A stretch of 64,000 nucleotides of DNA from Callorhinchus milii (Eukaryota). The stretch is from assembly GCF_018977255.1 (NCBI RefSeq), contig NW_024704743.1, positions 45,510,001-45,574,000 of the forward strand. Direction: 5' to 3'. Positions 24,401 through 36,400 of the stretch are shown here, one piece after another. Made by a program: the position numbers and the translations under genes. The notes under the pieces were generated by a model. It was not told the origin of the DNA, ran no database searches, and worked only from the letters and a program-made list of their open reading frames with translations. Position 1 is the stretch's first letter. The number at the start of each line of letters is the position of its first letter.

Positions 24401-27400
24401 TGATCGATGGCATGGTCGAAGAGGAGGGTTTTGAGGCAGGACTTGAAGGAGGCTAAGGAGGGGGCGAGGCGGAGTGACTGGGGGATGGAATTCCAGAGGT
24501 TGGGGGCAGAGTGGCTGAAGGCTCTCCCACCAATGGTGGGGCGGGTGGGTTGGGGGATGTGGAGCAGGCCGGCGCCGGCTGAGCAGAGGGAGTGAGTGGG
24601 TTGGTAGGGGGTTATGAGGTCGCAGAGGTAGGGTGGGGCGAGGCCATGGAGGGCTTTGTAGGTGAAGACCATGATCTTGAACTGGATCCTCTGAAGGATA
24701 TGGAGCTAATGGAGTTGGGCAAGAATGGGGGCGATGGGGTCGCAGAATTTGGTGCAGGAGTGGACACGGGCTGCAGTTTAATAGTTTAATATGTACAATA
24801 AATCAATCAAGACCTTTTAGCTTGCATGAGAGATAACCAAAGTCTTAGACTAACAAAATGTAATAAGTGCACTGAAGGGAAAATACTATTTGTTTAGGTA
24901 TCCTTTCTTGTTTGGATGCCATACCTTTTGAACAACTGCCTGTTCCTTTCCATGCTGAAGAGAAAACGCAAAGCCCTAAATGCATAACACTGTAATGAAA
25001 ATGGTTAAAATAATTTTACAAACATTGTACTATATATAAGCATTCTTTATTATAAATGACATGCAACTTCACACAAATTGAGACACACTTTAGTACTAAA
25101 CTTATCAGGAGATGGAATAATTACAGTATCTTAATGCTTGATGTATCTTAATGGGGGAAATCAGCCTTCCACACATAATTGTAATACATTTACAATCCTT
25201 GCAGGATATCTTAATTAAATCACATTTTAGACCCCAGTGTTGCTTTATTTCCACTGTAATCCCTGGTGACAGAATCATTATTCAATTATTATTATTATTA
25301 ATCAATCATTATTCAATCATTATTCCAGTTGTATAAATGAGTAACAATGTAACACTTTAAACATGTGATAGTTATTTCATATAACCCAAATTTATTAAAA
25401 CATGGAGGCCAAATCTAGTCTCTTGTTTTTTTTAAAAAAACTACATTAAATATTTTTTAATAAGTTGCAATAGACTCACCTGTAAAACACTTTGTGTTGG
25501 CCCATTCCTTTGTTTCTTTGGTAGAATTAATCTTCCTATTATATAAATGCCATTTCCCTGCAATTGGAATTTAACAAAATGTAACATCAGGCCTTTTGCA
25601 TAGTGATGGGTCTAACTTTATTTGGTTTACTATGGCTCAGCTGCATCATAACAAAATGTACATTTTCATTGTTAAGCAACGTAACATTCACATTCCACCT
25701 ATTATCCTCCCTCCCTCCCTCCATTCATCCATCTATATACTAATAAAACAACAATGTCTGTCTGCGCTTCAAGAAGGATCTCAATAACCGATTGATGTTG
25801 AGACATGATGTATACCTCATCAGAAAGGTCTTGCATCTGGAAGTGATGTGGGCATATTTGTTTTGGGGTATCTACTATCGTTCATTAGTTATTTTCAGTT
25901 TTCTGAAAACTGGTGGCCGCTCTGGCTGATCGTGGCATCCTGCGTCATAGAGCACGCATGTAGCCAAGCAGCAGGAACAAATAAAGAACACAGATGAAGC
26001 TAAGCCGTGGCAACAACAACAAAATTACATTTTTAAAGCGCCGAGTCCTCCCACTGAGTCCTCCCAAAAGCAGTCCTTCCACAGTAGTCCTCCCAGATGA
26101 GTATAAATAAAAATGAAATGTCTGTCTGTGTGTTTGTCTGTGTGTCAATCTACATTCCATATTGGATCCTTTGGTTGCAAGCGAAGCTGCAACGTGTACA
26201 GCTAGTACTTAATAATGAATTTATCCAAGTGCTCCATTAGGTTCTTAAGAAATAAGATCATACAGTAAAACCTCATTAGAAAATGCCTCATTGGATTGTG
26301 GGTGGCTGGGGTTTTGACCCAAAAATTAACTTACTGAAAATATCCAAAATGACCCATTTCATTACTGCTTACAACAACAACAAGATTACACTTGTATAGC
26401 GCCTTTCACGTCGGGAGGACTTCCAAGGCGCTGGACAGAGTACAGCATTTCAGACCTGAGCTGGGGTTGGGGGGGCTAAGGGAGGGGAGGGGAAGGGGGG
26501 GCTGGCCGATGGCATGGTCGATGGCATGGGTCTTGAGGCAGGACTTAAAGGAGGCTCAGGAGGGGGAGAGGCGGAGTGACTGGGGGATGGAATTCCAGAG
26601 GTTGGGGGCAGAGTGGCTGAAGGCTCTCCCGCCAATGGTGGGGCGGGTGATGTGGAGCAGGCCAGAGCCGGCTGAGCAGAGGGAGCAGGCGGGTTGGTAG
26701 GGGGTTAGGAGGTTGCAGAGGTAGGGTGGGGTGAGGCCATGGAGGGCTTTGTATGTGAAGACCAGGATCTTGAACTGGATCCTCTGAAGGATAGGGAGCC
26801 AGTGGAGTCGGGCGAGAGTTGGGGAGATGGGGTCACGGAGTTTGGTGCGGGAGAGGACACGGGCTGCAGAGTTCTGGATTATCTGCAGCCTGTGGAGGGA
26901 GGAGTTGGGAAGGCCAACAAGCAGGGCGTTCTCATAATCGGGCCTGGAGGTGATGAAGACATGCTTAATTGTGCACAAGCAGAAAGATGAAACACTGGTC
27001 ATGTAAGAGAAGACAAAATAGCTGTTCTGTGGTTATCAGGTTGCAACCAATGTCACTTCCTACACATGTGAGTGTGGAAGTGACATTGCCAGCGAGCTGA
27101 TGACTCTTAAGTAGGTCATTTTGACTTCTTCTTGTTGGCTGTGGATTTGTTTTGTCTTTCTCTGCACATGCCGATCGAATGCTGAAGAGTTGAGTGGCAA
27201 TCATTCCCCATTACAGTACTAACTTATATTGGATTATAATAAGGCTGACTGCACTTTATAAAATGGCCACTTTGTGTGATAAACTGAAAATGAAAGTGGC
27301 CCAGTAAATAGTGCAAGTGTCATTATTTACAATACTACGCTGCTTAGATCCCACAGTAAGAATAATTAAAAGCACCATACTCCAACTGAACACTCTTATG

Positions 27401-30400
27401 ATCTATCTACTCATCCAAGAACCTTCAATGTACAATGGACAGATGCAAAGTATTATAATAATAATAATAATAATCCTTGCATTTGACATAGTGCTTTTCA
27501 CGTCTTCTGGATGTCCCAAAGCGCTTCACAGAATATGCTGTAAAGTGATTTGCCTGAATATTTATGGGCGAAACGAAAGTATAAACCAGATTTCTCACAC
27601 CACAATACTGCTGAGAAAAAAAAGATGCATTGGCCCCAGCAGTATAAACATAGCAATGAAATATCTAAAGCATGTTTCATTGCCATACCAAGAAAACATT
27701 ACTAGCCATTTTTCTAAGAGCTACATGGCATTTTGATCAAGGATTTTTGATAAATCACTAAATAAAACCAGCATAGCTGAAATCATTTAGCCTTTATTTC
27801 AACACCGCAATTAGAGCCCTGTGCTCACTCTGTCATAATTTTTTATGATGTATATTATGATTATAATAAAATTAAACCTGTTAAATGATTGCCAAAATTA
27901 GGAATGAAATGGCAATAACTAAAGCTTGAGGGATGTGCATTGACATCATCATTGCTTGCGAACACTGTCGAATGTTTTACTGGATAGAATAAGAGATTTT
28001 TTTGCAATACAAAACCAAAATTACAGACTGTTAAAACTACAGCATTTTTCATATTATGGTTATTTTCATTTCAATAGGCAATTCTAGAAATGTAATGGTT
28101 GAAAATAGAGTGCAACTTCTGGTATCATAAGCAGGTATGTTTAACCTGCTGACATTAACAATGTGCATTTGCTGTCAGTGCTTCATTTTCATTTCCATGC
28201 ACACATATCTGTGGCATCTAGATCGAAACAGAAAAGTTAAAAAATATATAATTTTTCTGTAGAGTTCAGACTATTCAACAAATATTACTTTGTTTTCACC
28301 ATTTATGATTCAATATGAAGCAAAGAAGCAAGTCACATTTAAAAATAGAGTATTTTGAAAATAAAAGGTACAATATTGAGGTCATTTGTTAGATAATGCC
28401 CTTCCATGTCTTGTCGATGAGCCATTCTGGCTGTGCTATCATCAGCAGTGCTCTGGAAAACTGCAGACCCACAGGGGCACTGCTGACGATAGCATTGCCA
28501 ACCTGGCTCATTGGCAGGACTTAGAAAGGCAGACCTTTCAATTTAGAAGCCAAAGATAGGGAATCATCCAACTCAGGGAATTATTCCACTCAGCTCCTGT
28601 TAACCCCGCAACAAGCAGCGGAAAGAAGAAGAATACCAGCTAATATAGGGGGTGTGATCAAATGGAGCAGAAGGGCCTTCTTTATCCAAACTTCTTTTGT
28701 GAAGAACCAGCTAATAGTTATAAACAGATTATAAATGACTATGGGTAGTGTAAGAAAAGCAAAAGCAATGATACTATTATCGTAATGTTTATAGCAATAT
28801 ATTCAAATTAAGCAGTTCCAAAATAATTATATATAACTTTAGGGCAAGATAAAACAATTTAGCTGACTCATCAGTTAATATGGAAAGTGCAAGCAGCATC
28901 ACTTTAATGGTAAAATTATTCTGTACTACAAGGAAAAGCAACTCCTAAAAATGTAACCACCTCCCTAGAGAGAAGGATAGACTCTCAACAGTCCCCAAAT
29001 TGGCTATACCCAGCAGAATAGGCAGAGTCTTGTGAACAGACCGCTACTCATTCCTTAACACAGTAATGCTGTGGAACCGTAAAGCAAGAATGTGAGGAAG
29101 TAAAATTGATAATGAGGGTAATGGATAGAATAATAATTCTGGAATTGAATTGAAGTCAAAACTGTAATTTCAGGGTTCATGCCAACAACTAAAAACAGAA
29201 TCTATTTGGTTAGAGTTAATGAGCAGAAAAAGTGTATACTATAGACCACCAAATAGTAGGAAGGAGATTGGTGAGCAAATCTGCAAGCAGATTTCAGAAA
29301 GATGCAAAACCAATAGACTAGTGATAATAGCGGAACTTCAATTATCCTAACGTAGACTGGCAAAATAACAGTGTAAAGGGAAAGGAGGGGGAAGGAGTCC
29401 TGAAATGTATGCAAGAGAACTTTCTGGATCAGTATGGTTCCAGCCCAACGAGGAAGGAAGCAGTGCTGGATCCAGGAGAATGAAATGGGGCAAGTGGAGC
29501 AGGTGTCAGTAGGAGAGCATCTAGACAACAATAATCACAACATCATTAGGTTTAGAGTACTTACAGAAAGGGACAAGGAGCAATCAAAGGTGAAGATACT
29601 CAATTGGAAGAGGGCTAATTTCAGTGATTTAAAAAAGGACCTAGCCAAGGTGGACTGGAAAGAAAGATTGGCAGGTAAAATAACTAACGAGCAATGGGAA
29701 GCCTACAAGAAGGAGATAGTTCGGGGACAGAACAAATACATTCCCACAAAAGGAAAAAGATAGACCTCCTTGGATGACTAAGGAAATTGGGATTAAAATA
29801 AATAAAATGGAAAAAGGAGGCTTATGATAAATGTCCAAAATACAGAAGATATTTTGTAAGATACACAATTGGCTGCCACGTTTCGTCCACAAATATGCAG
29901 TCAATTCACTTTACAGTATATTCTGTGAAGCGCTTTGAGATTTCTAGAAGATGTGATTATTATTATTATAACAAAATCAAGTAGAATATAGAAAGTATAG
30001 AGGAGAACTGAAAAAAGATATGAGGGGCAAAGAGGGGCAAAGAGACTGTATGAGAAAAGATTAGTGGGCAACATAAAAGGGAACCCTAAGGCATTTTATA
30101 AAGAATTAAAGGTTAGTCAAAGGTAGGGACCAATTAGGGACCAAAGAGGAAATCTTCTTATGGAGGCAGAGGGCATAGCTGACAAACTGAATGAATACTT
30201 TGCATCCGTCTTCACAAAAGAAGATGCACCAAATGTCACTGTATCGGAGGAGCAGGTAGAGAAATTGGTTAGGACAAGAATAAACTGAAAGGAGGTACTA
30301 AAAAGGTTGATGGAGCTCAAGGTAGATAAGTCACTCAGTCCAGATGGGATTTATCTTAGGTTACTGAGGAAAGTAAGGGTGAAAATGACCACACAATCTT

Positions 30401-33400
30401 TCAATCCTCCTTGGACACAGGGTGGTTCCAGAGGACTTGAGGGTTGCAAATGTTATTCCACTGTACAAAAAGGGGCAGAAGGATAAAACCAGGAACTACA
30501 GGCCAGTCAGCCTAACGTCAGTAGTGGGGAAACTTCTAGAGACTATAATCCGGGACAAACTAAATTTTCACTTAGAAAAATATGGATTAATAAAGGACAG
30601 CCAACATGGATTTGTTAAAGGCAAATCATGTCTAACATACCTTTAGAGTTTTTTGATGAAGTAACAGAGAGGGTGGATGAAGGTAGTGCAGTTGATGCAA
30701 TTTATATGGATTTTCAAAAGGCTTTTGATAAAATGTCACAAAAGAGACTTGTAAGCAAAATAGAAGCCCACGGTATTAAAGGGACAGTGCAGCATGGATA
30801 TAGAACTGGAAGGGTGACAGAAAGCAGAGAGGGATTGTGAACGGTTGTTTTTCTGACTGGAGGGAAGTATGCAGTGGTGTCCCCCAGGGGTCAGTATTGG
30901 GAACACTGCTTTTTTTGATCGAAATAAATGTCCTTGATTTGGGTATAGGGAGTACAGTTTCCAAGTTTGCAGATGATACTAAGCTAGGAAAAGTAATAAA
31001 TGGTGAGGAGCTAAAAGCAGACTGCAAGAGGCTATAGACAGACTGGTAAAAGGGGCAGACACAAGGCAGATGAAGTTTAATGTGGAGAAATGCAAAGTGA
31101 TGCATTTTGGGAGGAAAAATGAAGTGAGGCAATATAAACTAAATGGTACAATCTTAAAGGGGGTGAAGGAACAGAGAGACCTGGGGTTCATTTAGATAAA
31201 TTTTTGAAGTGGGCAGAACAGATAGATAAAGCTGTTTAAAAAAAAACATACGGGATACTAGGCTTTATAAATAGGGACATAGAATACAAAAGTCAGCAAG
31301 TTATGATGAACCTTTATAAAACACCGGTTAGGCCTCAGCGAGAGTACTGTGTTCAGTTCTGGCAACACACTTTAGGATGGATGTCAAGCCATTGGAGAGG
31401 GTGCAAAGGATATTTACCAGAATGGTATCAGGAATGAGGGACTTCAGTTATGACGAGAGGCTAGAGAAGCTAGGATTATTCTCCTTGGAGCAGACACAGT
31501 TAAGAGGAGACTTAATAGAAGTTTTCAAATTATGAGGGTATTCGATAGGGTGAATAAGATGAATCTATTTCCATTGGCGGGTGGGTCGGTAACCTGAAGA
31601 CACAAATTTAAAATAGTTGTTAAAAGAAACAGAGGAGAAATTTTTTTACACAGTGAGTTGTCCAGATCTGAAATGCATATCCTGAAAGGGTGGTGGAAGC
31701 TAATTCGTTAACAACTTTTAAGAGAGAAGTAGATAATTATTTAGGGAGGACAAGTTTGCAGGGCTATGGGGAGAGAGCGGGGTAGTGGGATTGATTTGGA
31801 TAGCTGTTTTCAAAGAGCTGTCACAGACACGATGGGCTGAATGCCCTACTTCTGTGCCATATAATTCTATGATTCTAACCCCAGTTGATAACTAAAGACA
31901 ATTGAAGACAGTCAATTACTAAAAACTGTCTATGGGTCTCTCTACCTCCTTTCCCACAATTTAATAACATCAGTAACTGCCAACAGAAAATGTAAAGATT
32001 TCAAGTCATTAAATAATAAGAATCTGTACATTTTATACAATGCCTTAACACATCATTAAAATGTTTCAAAGGGCTTCACAGGATTTACTGTGGTATGCAG
32101 TGAGGGTATATTTTGTAGGTGAACCTACACGAGTACTTCATGAACCAGTTCTCCAATCCACAATCTGGAAGCTATTTCCAATGGAAGCACAGGCTGCATT
32201 CAGACTAACCATTGTGATAGAGCCAGAAAGGATCACGTTTATTGTCAATCTTTTGTTATCAACAGTCTTTAATTATTGCCTGATATTTTTCAGTGCATTT
32301 ATCAATGATGTGATAGTTATCACACCAAAATCATAGGTCATAATTTTCATTGATAATAATCCTTTCATTTGCACCTTATCATGTTGGAAAGGTGTCCCAA
32401 AGGACATCACAGGATTTACTGTGAAATGGAGAGACTGTATTTGTAGACAAACGTGGCAGCACAATTGAGCACAGCAATATCCTACAAACAGCTATGAAAT
32501 AAGTTACCATTTTATTTGAGGGATTGGTGGCCAGGACACCAGGAGAAATTCCCTTTTCTTTTGTGATAGTGTAATGGGACCCTCAAACTTCCACCTGAAC
32601 AGACAGATGGGACTTCAGTTTAACATCTCATCCGAAGGATGGATATTTCTACACGACTGCAAATACCAGCTTTATTTGAAACCTCAGCATATGTTACAGC
32701 CAGATTGGCAGCACTACTGCCTCTGAATTAGGTCAGGAGTTCATGCCCCATATGGGGACTTTGAGCTAACTTTCAATACACTGGATGAGACGTCAAAAGA
32801 AACATTCTACTCATCTTCACTTTATCAATCCCTTTCTTAATTTTAAACACATAAGCACTGATCGTAACATGCTCTTTACATATGAAATCACTAACCTGCA
32901 CAACCTGTTGAGCATTTGTATCATTAAGGACCAGCTCAGTAACCGCAGCACAACAAGCTGAAATGATAAAACACTCAGTAAGGACCACTATGTTGTACAG
33001 CAGATAACAGTGTGTTACTGGGCAGTTATATCAAAGGGTTAAAAAGTTAGAGAAACTGCATGTGCATAGTGGGAATGACTTATCACGGTCATCTCACTCT
33101 GAGATGTTATAATGCTTGGAAAACACATTACAATGAGTTGTTTTTTATAACACAAAGAAACTTAATGTTATTTTTCTCACAATTACTGAGCCAATGACAA
33201 ACTCAATTCAACACAGAGAGCAAATATCTCCTACTTCCATCATTTAAAAGTTGATTTGCTGAATTCTGTTTTTGGTCAGCCAGGTATCCGACACACATAG
33301 GAAAACATTAACATGCTTAAAATTCTCCAAACCAAACTACCGAGAGTTCCATATGATATGGTATTCATTTTCTGAAAAGAAATGCACACTCTCTCCCCAA

Positions 33401-36400
33401 AGGTAAAGGACCCTGCTTCATCTAATCCCGGAGAGTTTAGCCACAGTTTTGTAGACCTGCCTGGTTCAGTGCCACAGAGGATCACTGAAGCCCAATGTTC
33501 AAATTGTCAGTGTGTCTCCTTGGAGCCACGTCAGCCACGTAAAGAGAACCTGCTTCATGCATGTTCCACAACGTACTCTTCAGCTGACCAGATTTTAATA
33601 GTGAAATATGGAGCAAAATTTTAGTTTTTATTAAAATGGGGTTCTACTGAAAATTAAAAAAATCTATCCCATCTCTGATAAAAGAAATTCCTAGCTTTAA
33701 TATTTCCAAAAAAAAGTCTACATTTGAGATATCCAACAATTAGATCTTTATTTTGCCAGACATGTTTTACCTTCTTGTAAAGACAATGTATTTTCTTGAA
33801 TTTCCTGAGTGCTCAGTTCTTCAGATAACTGGAGCTGTCGAATTCTCCCCGAGGCATTAGCACTGGACAAACTTCCAATTGAAGAACGATCAGACACAAA
33901 ATTTCTATCTCTGTAAAAAAAATATAGCAAATCAATACACAAAAAGCTTCCAGGCTCTCACACTTAAGAGATGTCTCTTGAATGAGTGGGTGATATCAGG
34001 TTTCGGGCTCTCTTTGCTCAATAGTTTAAATGAAACATGAAACAAAATCACATGAGAGAACATACAGTGCACCCCCATTATAACACACTTCACTCTAGTG
34101 CAAATTTACTTAGAACATGGTTGCACTGTGGACACCTTACATTTTGATAAGATTATTTCACTAAAAATAGGCGGACTTCCAGATCATCGGATCACAGCAA
34201 CATCATTTCCTGCTCTGCGCCTACTCAGGAAACAGGAAATAATTTTCCGGTGACCCCAATAACCTGGAAGACAGACTTTTTTTTTGTGCGGGCTGGTCCT
34301 CTCCCTCTGGTTACACATATACTTGGTCAAATTATCATGCCTTGCTATATCATGGATTAGGATTTTATGGACCTTATAACGTGGTTAGACTGTAGTAAGT
34401 CTAAGTGTGTTGATGTTTTACTTTATAAACTGGAAATTCAGCAGAATATTCATCTCCATTAAGAAAGCGCAGAGCAAATTATTTCTCTTTTTTTTAAATT
34501 GAGAAATCCAGTGAAGAACTAGGAGAGAAAACTAGATAAAGAATACGTATCTAAATCTCTTCAAATGGACTCAATTTCTAGATTCCATGCAAATATTTTC
34601 CTCGGCTATCTATTTAATTGCTATTTCAAGATAGGAATGGGCATAACTAAAACTAAAATAAATATTACTAATATTGTATCCTTTCAATTTTTTTTAAAAC
34701 TCACCCTTGTAGAATGTGCAGTAATTGCTGGATACCTCCCCATAAGCGGATCTCAGTGCTTGTATCAGGATCCTCACAGAGCTGGACTAGGATCCAGACC
34801 ACACTCCAAAGCAGTTTTAGGTGGTCTGAGTGTAGTAGACTGAGCATGATAGGAATTCCTTCATAGATTTTCACTTGTTCTCTCACCTGTGCGTCTGCAC
34901 ACAGGAGGCGAAGCAGCTCAGCAGTCATTCTGTAAATAACATTGGCATCAAGGAGACCAGCCCCAAACACCATTTTAATTCAACAAAATAATGGAGGATA
35001 GTTTTCCATTTCCCAACATTATACATTATCACATTCAATGATTCTTTCTCCCACCCACCCATAAAATTAATGCTTTATAACCACAGTTGTTTCTTTTTAA
35101 AAAAATAACTAACTCATATAAATATAAAAATAAATAGCAAGGTATTCTATAGACATGTTAGCAATACAAAAGGTTAAAGTAGGGATAAGACCATTAAGGG
35201 GAGAAGGGGATAAGCTCATAGCGATAATTGGAAATTGTAGAAATACTACATGTACATTGCCTCGGTTTTCACAAAGGAAACTGATAAAGAAAATTTAGTA
35301 AGAACAGAAGGGGCAGGGTGTAAAATCATAATAGTTAAGATTGAGAGAAGGGAGGAATTAAATAAACTACACAAGCTCAAAGAGGAGAAGGCACGTGGCC
35401 CAGATGGACTGCACCCAAGGATCCTTAGGGAAACTAGGGAGAAGATGGCTAAGGCTCTATTACAGATAGTATCTATATTGGTGATGCAACAAATCCAGGA
35501 AACTACAAGCCAGTCAACTTAATGTCAGTTGTCGGCAAGGGAAATAAAGTATCAGAAAAGATTAAGTAACTAGTCATCTAGAGAAGGAGAATATAATTTT
35601 CTTGATTGAATATTTCTTAATTTATGGTCATTTATAGTCTGCGGGACTGTCACGTACACCCACTGAACATTCGCCAAGTCTGTATTAAATCAATGTTTTG
35701 TTTCCTGTAGCTACTGAGTGGCGATGTTTATGTAATGCCCATAAATTAAGAAATATTCAGTCAAGAAAATGTATTTGGTTGGCCGACCAAATAGGTTGTT
35801 CTAAATGGTATGAACCTAACAGGAGTAGAGGAGCAAGGAGATCTGGGGATTTGTGGATCTGAATGTATAAAAATAGCTGCACAGATAGAGACTATAAAAT
35901 GCCGGTGGAGTCTTGGGCTTTATATCCAGAGGGATAGAATATAAAAGTGAGAAGGGGATGTTGAATTTAGATCACATTTGGAGCATTGTGTCCAATTCTG
36001 GTTTCCACACTATAAGAAGGATATAGCAGCGATGCAAAGAGTACAGCAGAGGTTTAATATTTAAGAGTTCACAAGAGCGATGCCAGCCCTGGCTATCTGC
36101 TATCTGCTATCAGGATAGACTGGACAGGTTAAGCCTTTTTTGCTAGAGAAGAGACATTTAAGGGGGGACCTAATATGAGTGTTTAAAATTATAAAAGCAT
36201 TTGATATGATTAACATAAATAGGTTGTTTCCACTGCTTGGAGAGTCTGTAACCAGAGGACACGAGTATAAAACAGAAACTATGGGATATAAAAGAGAATT
36301 GAGAAGGAACTACTTCACGCAGAGGGTAGTACAATTGTGAAACTACTGCTGGAGTCGTGGTTGAATCACTTACTATAGATGCATTTAAGAGAAAGCTATA

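Noticed and set aside
29200..31878. CR1 (and the L2 at 52130-54716) as active autonomous elements
   Set aside because: Multiple frameshifts and stops, and in the CR1 a SINE insertion; these are dead copies.
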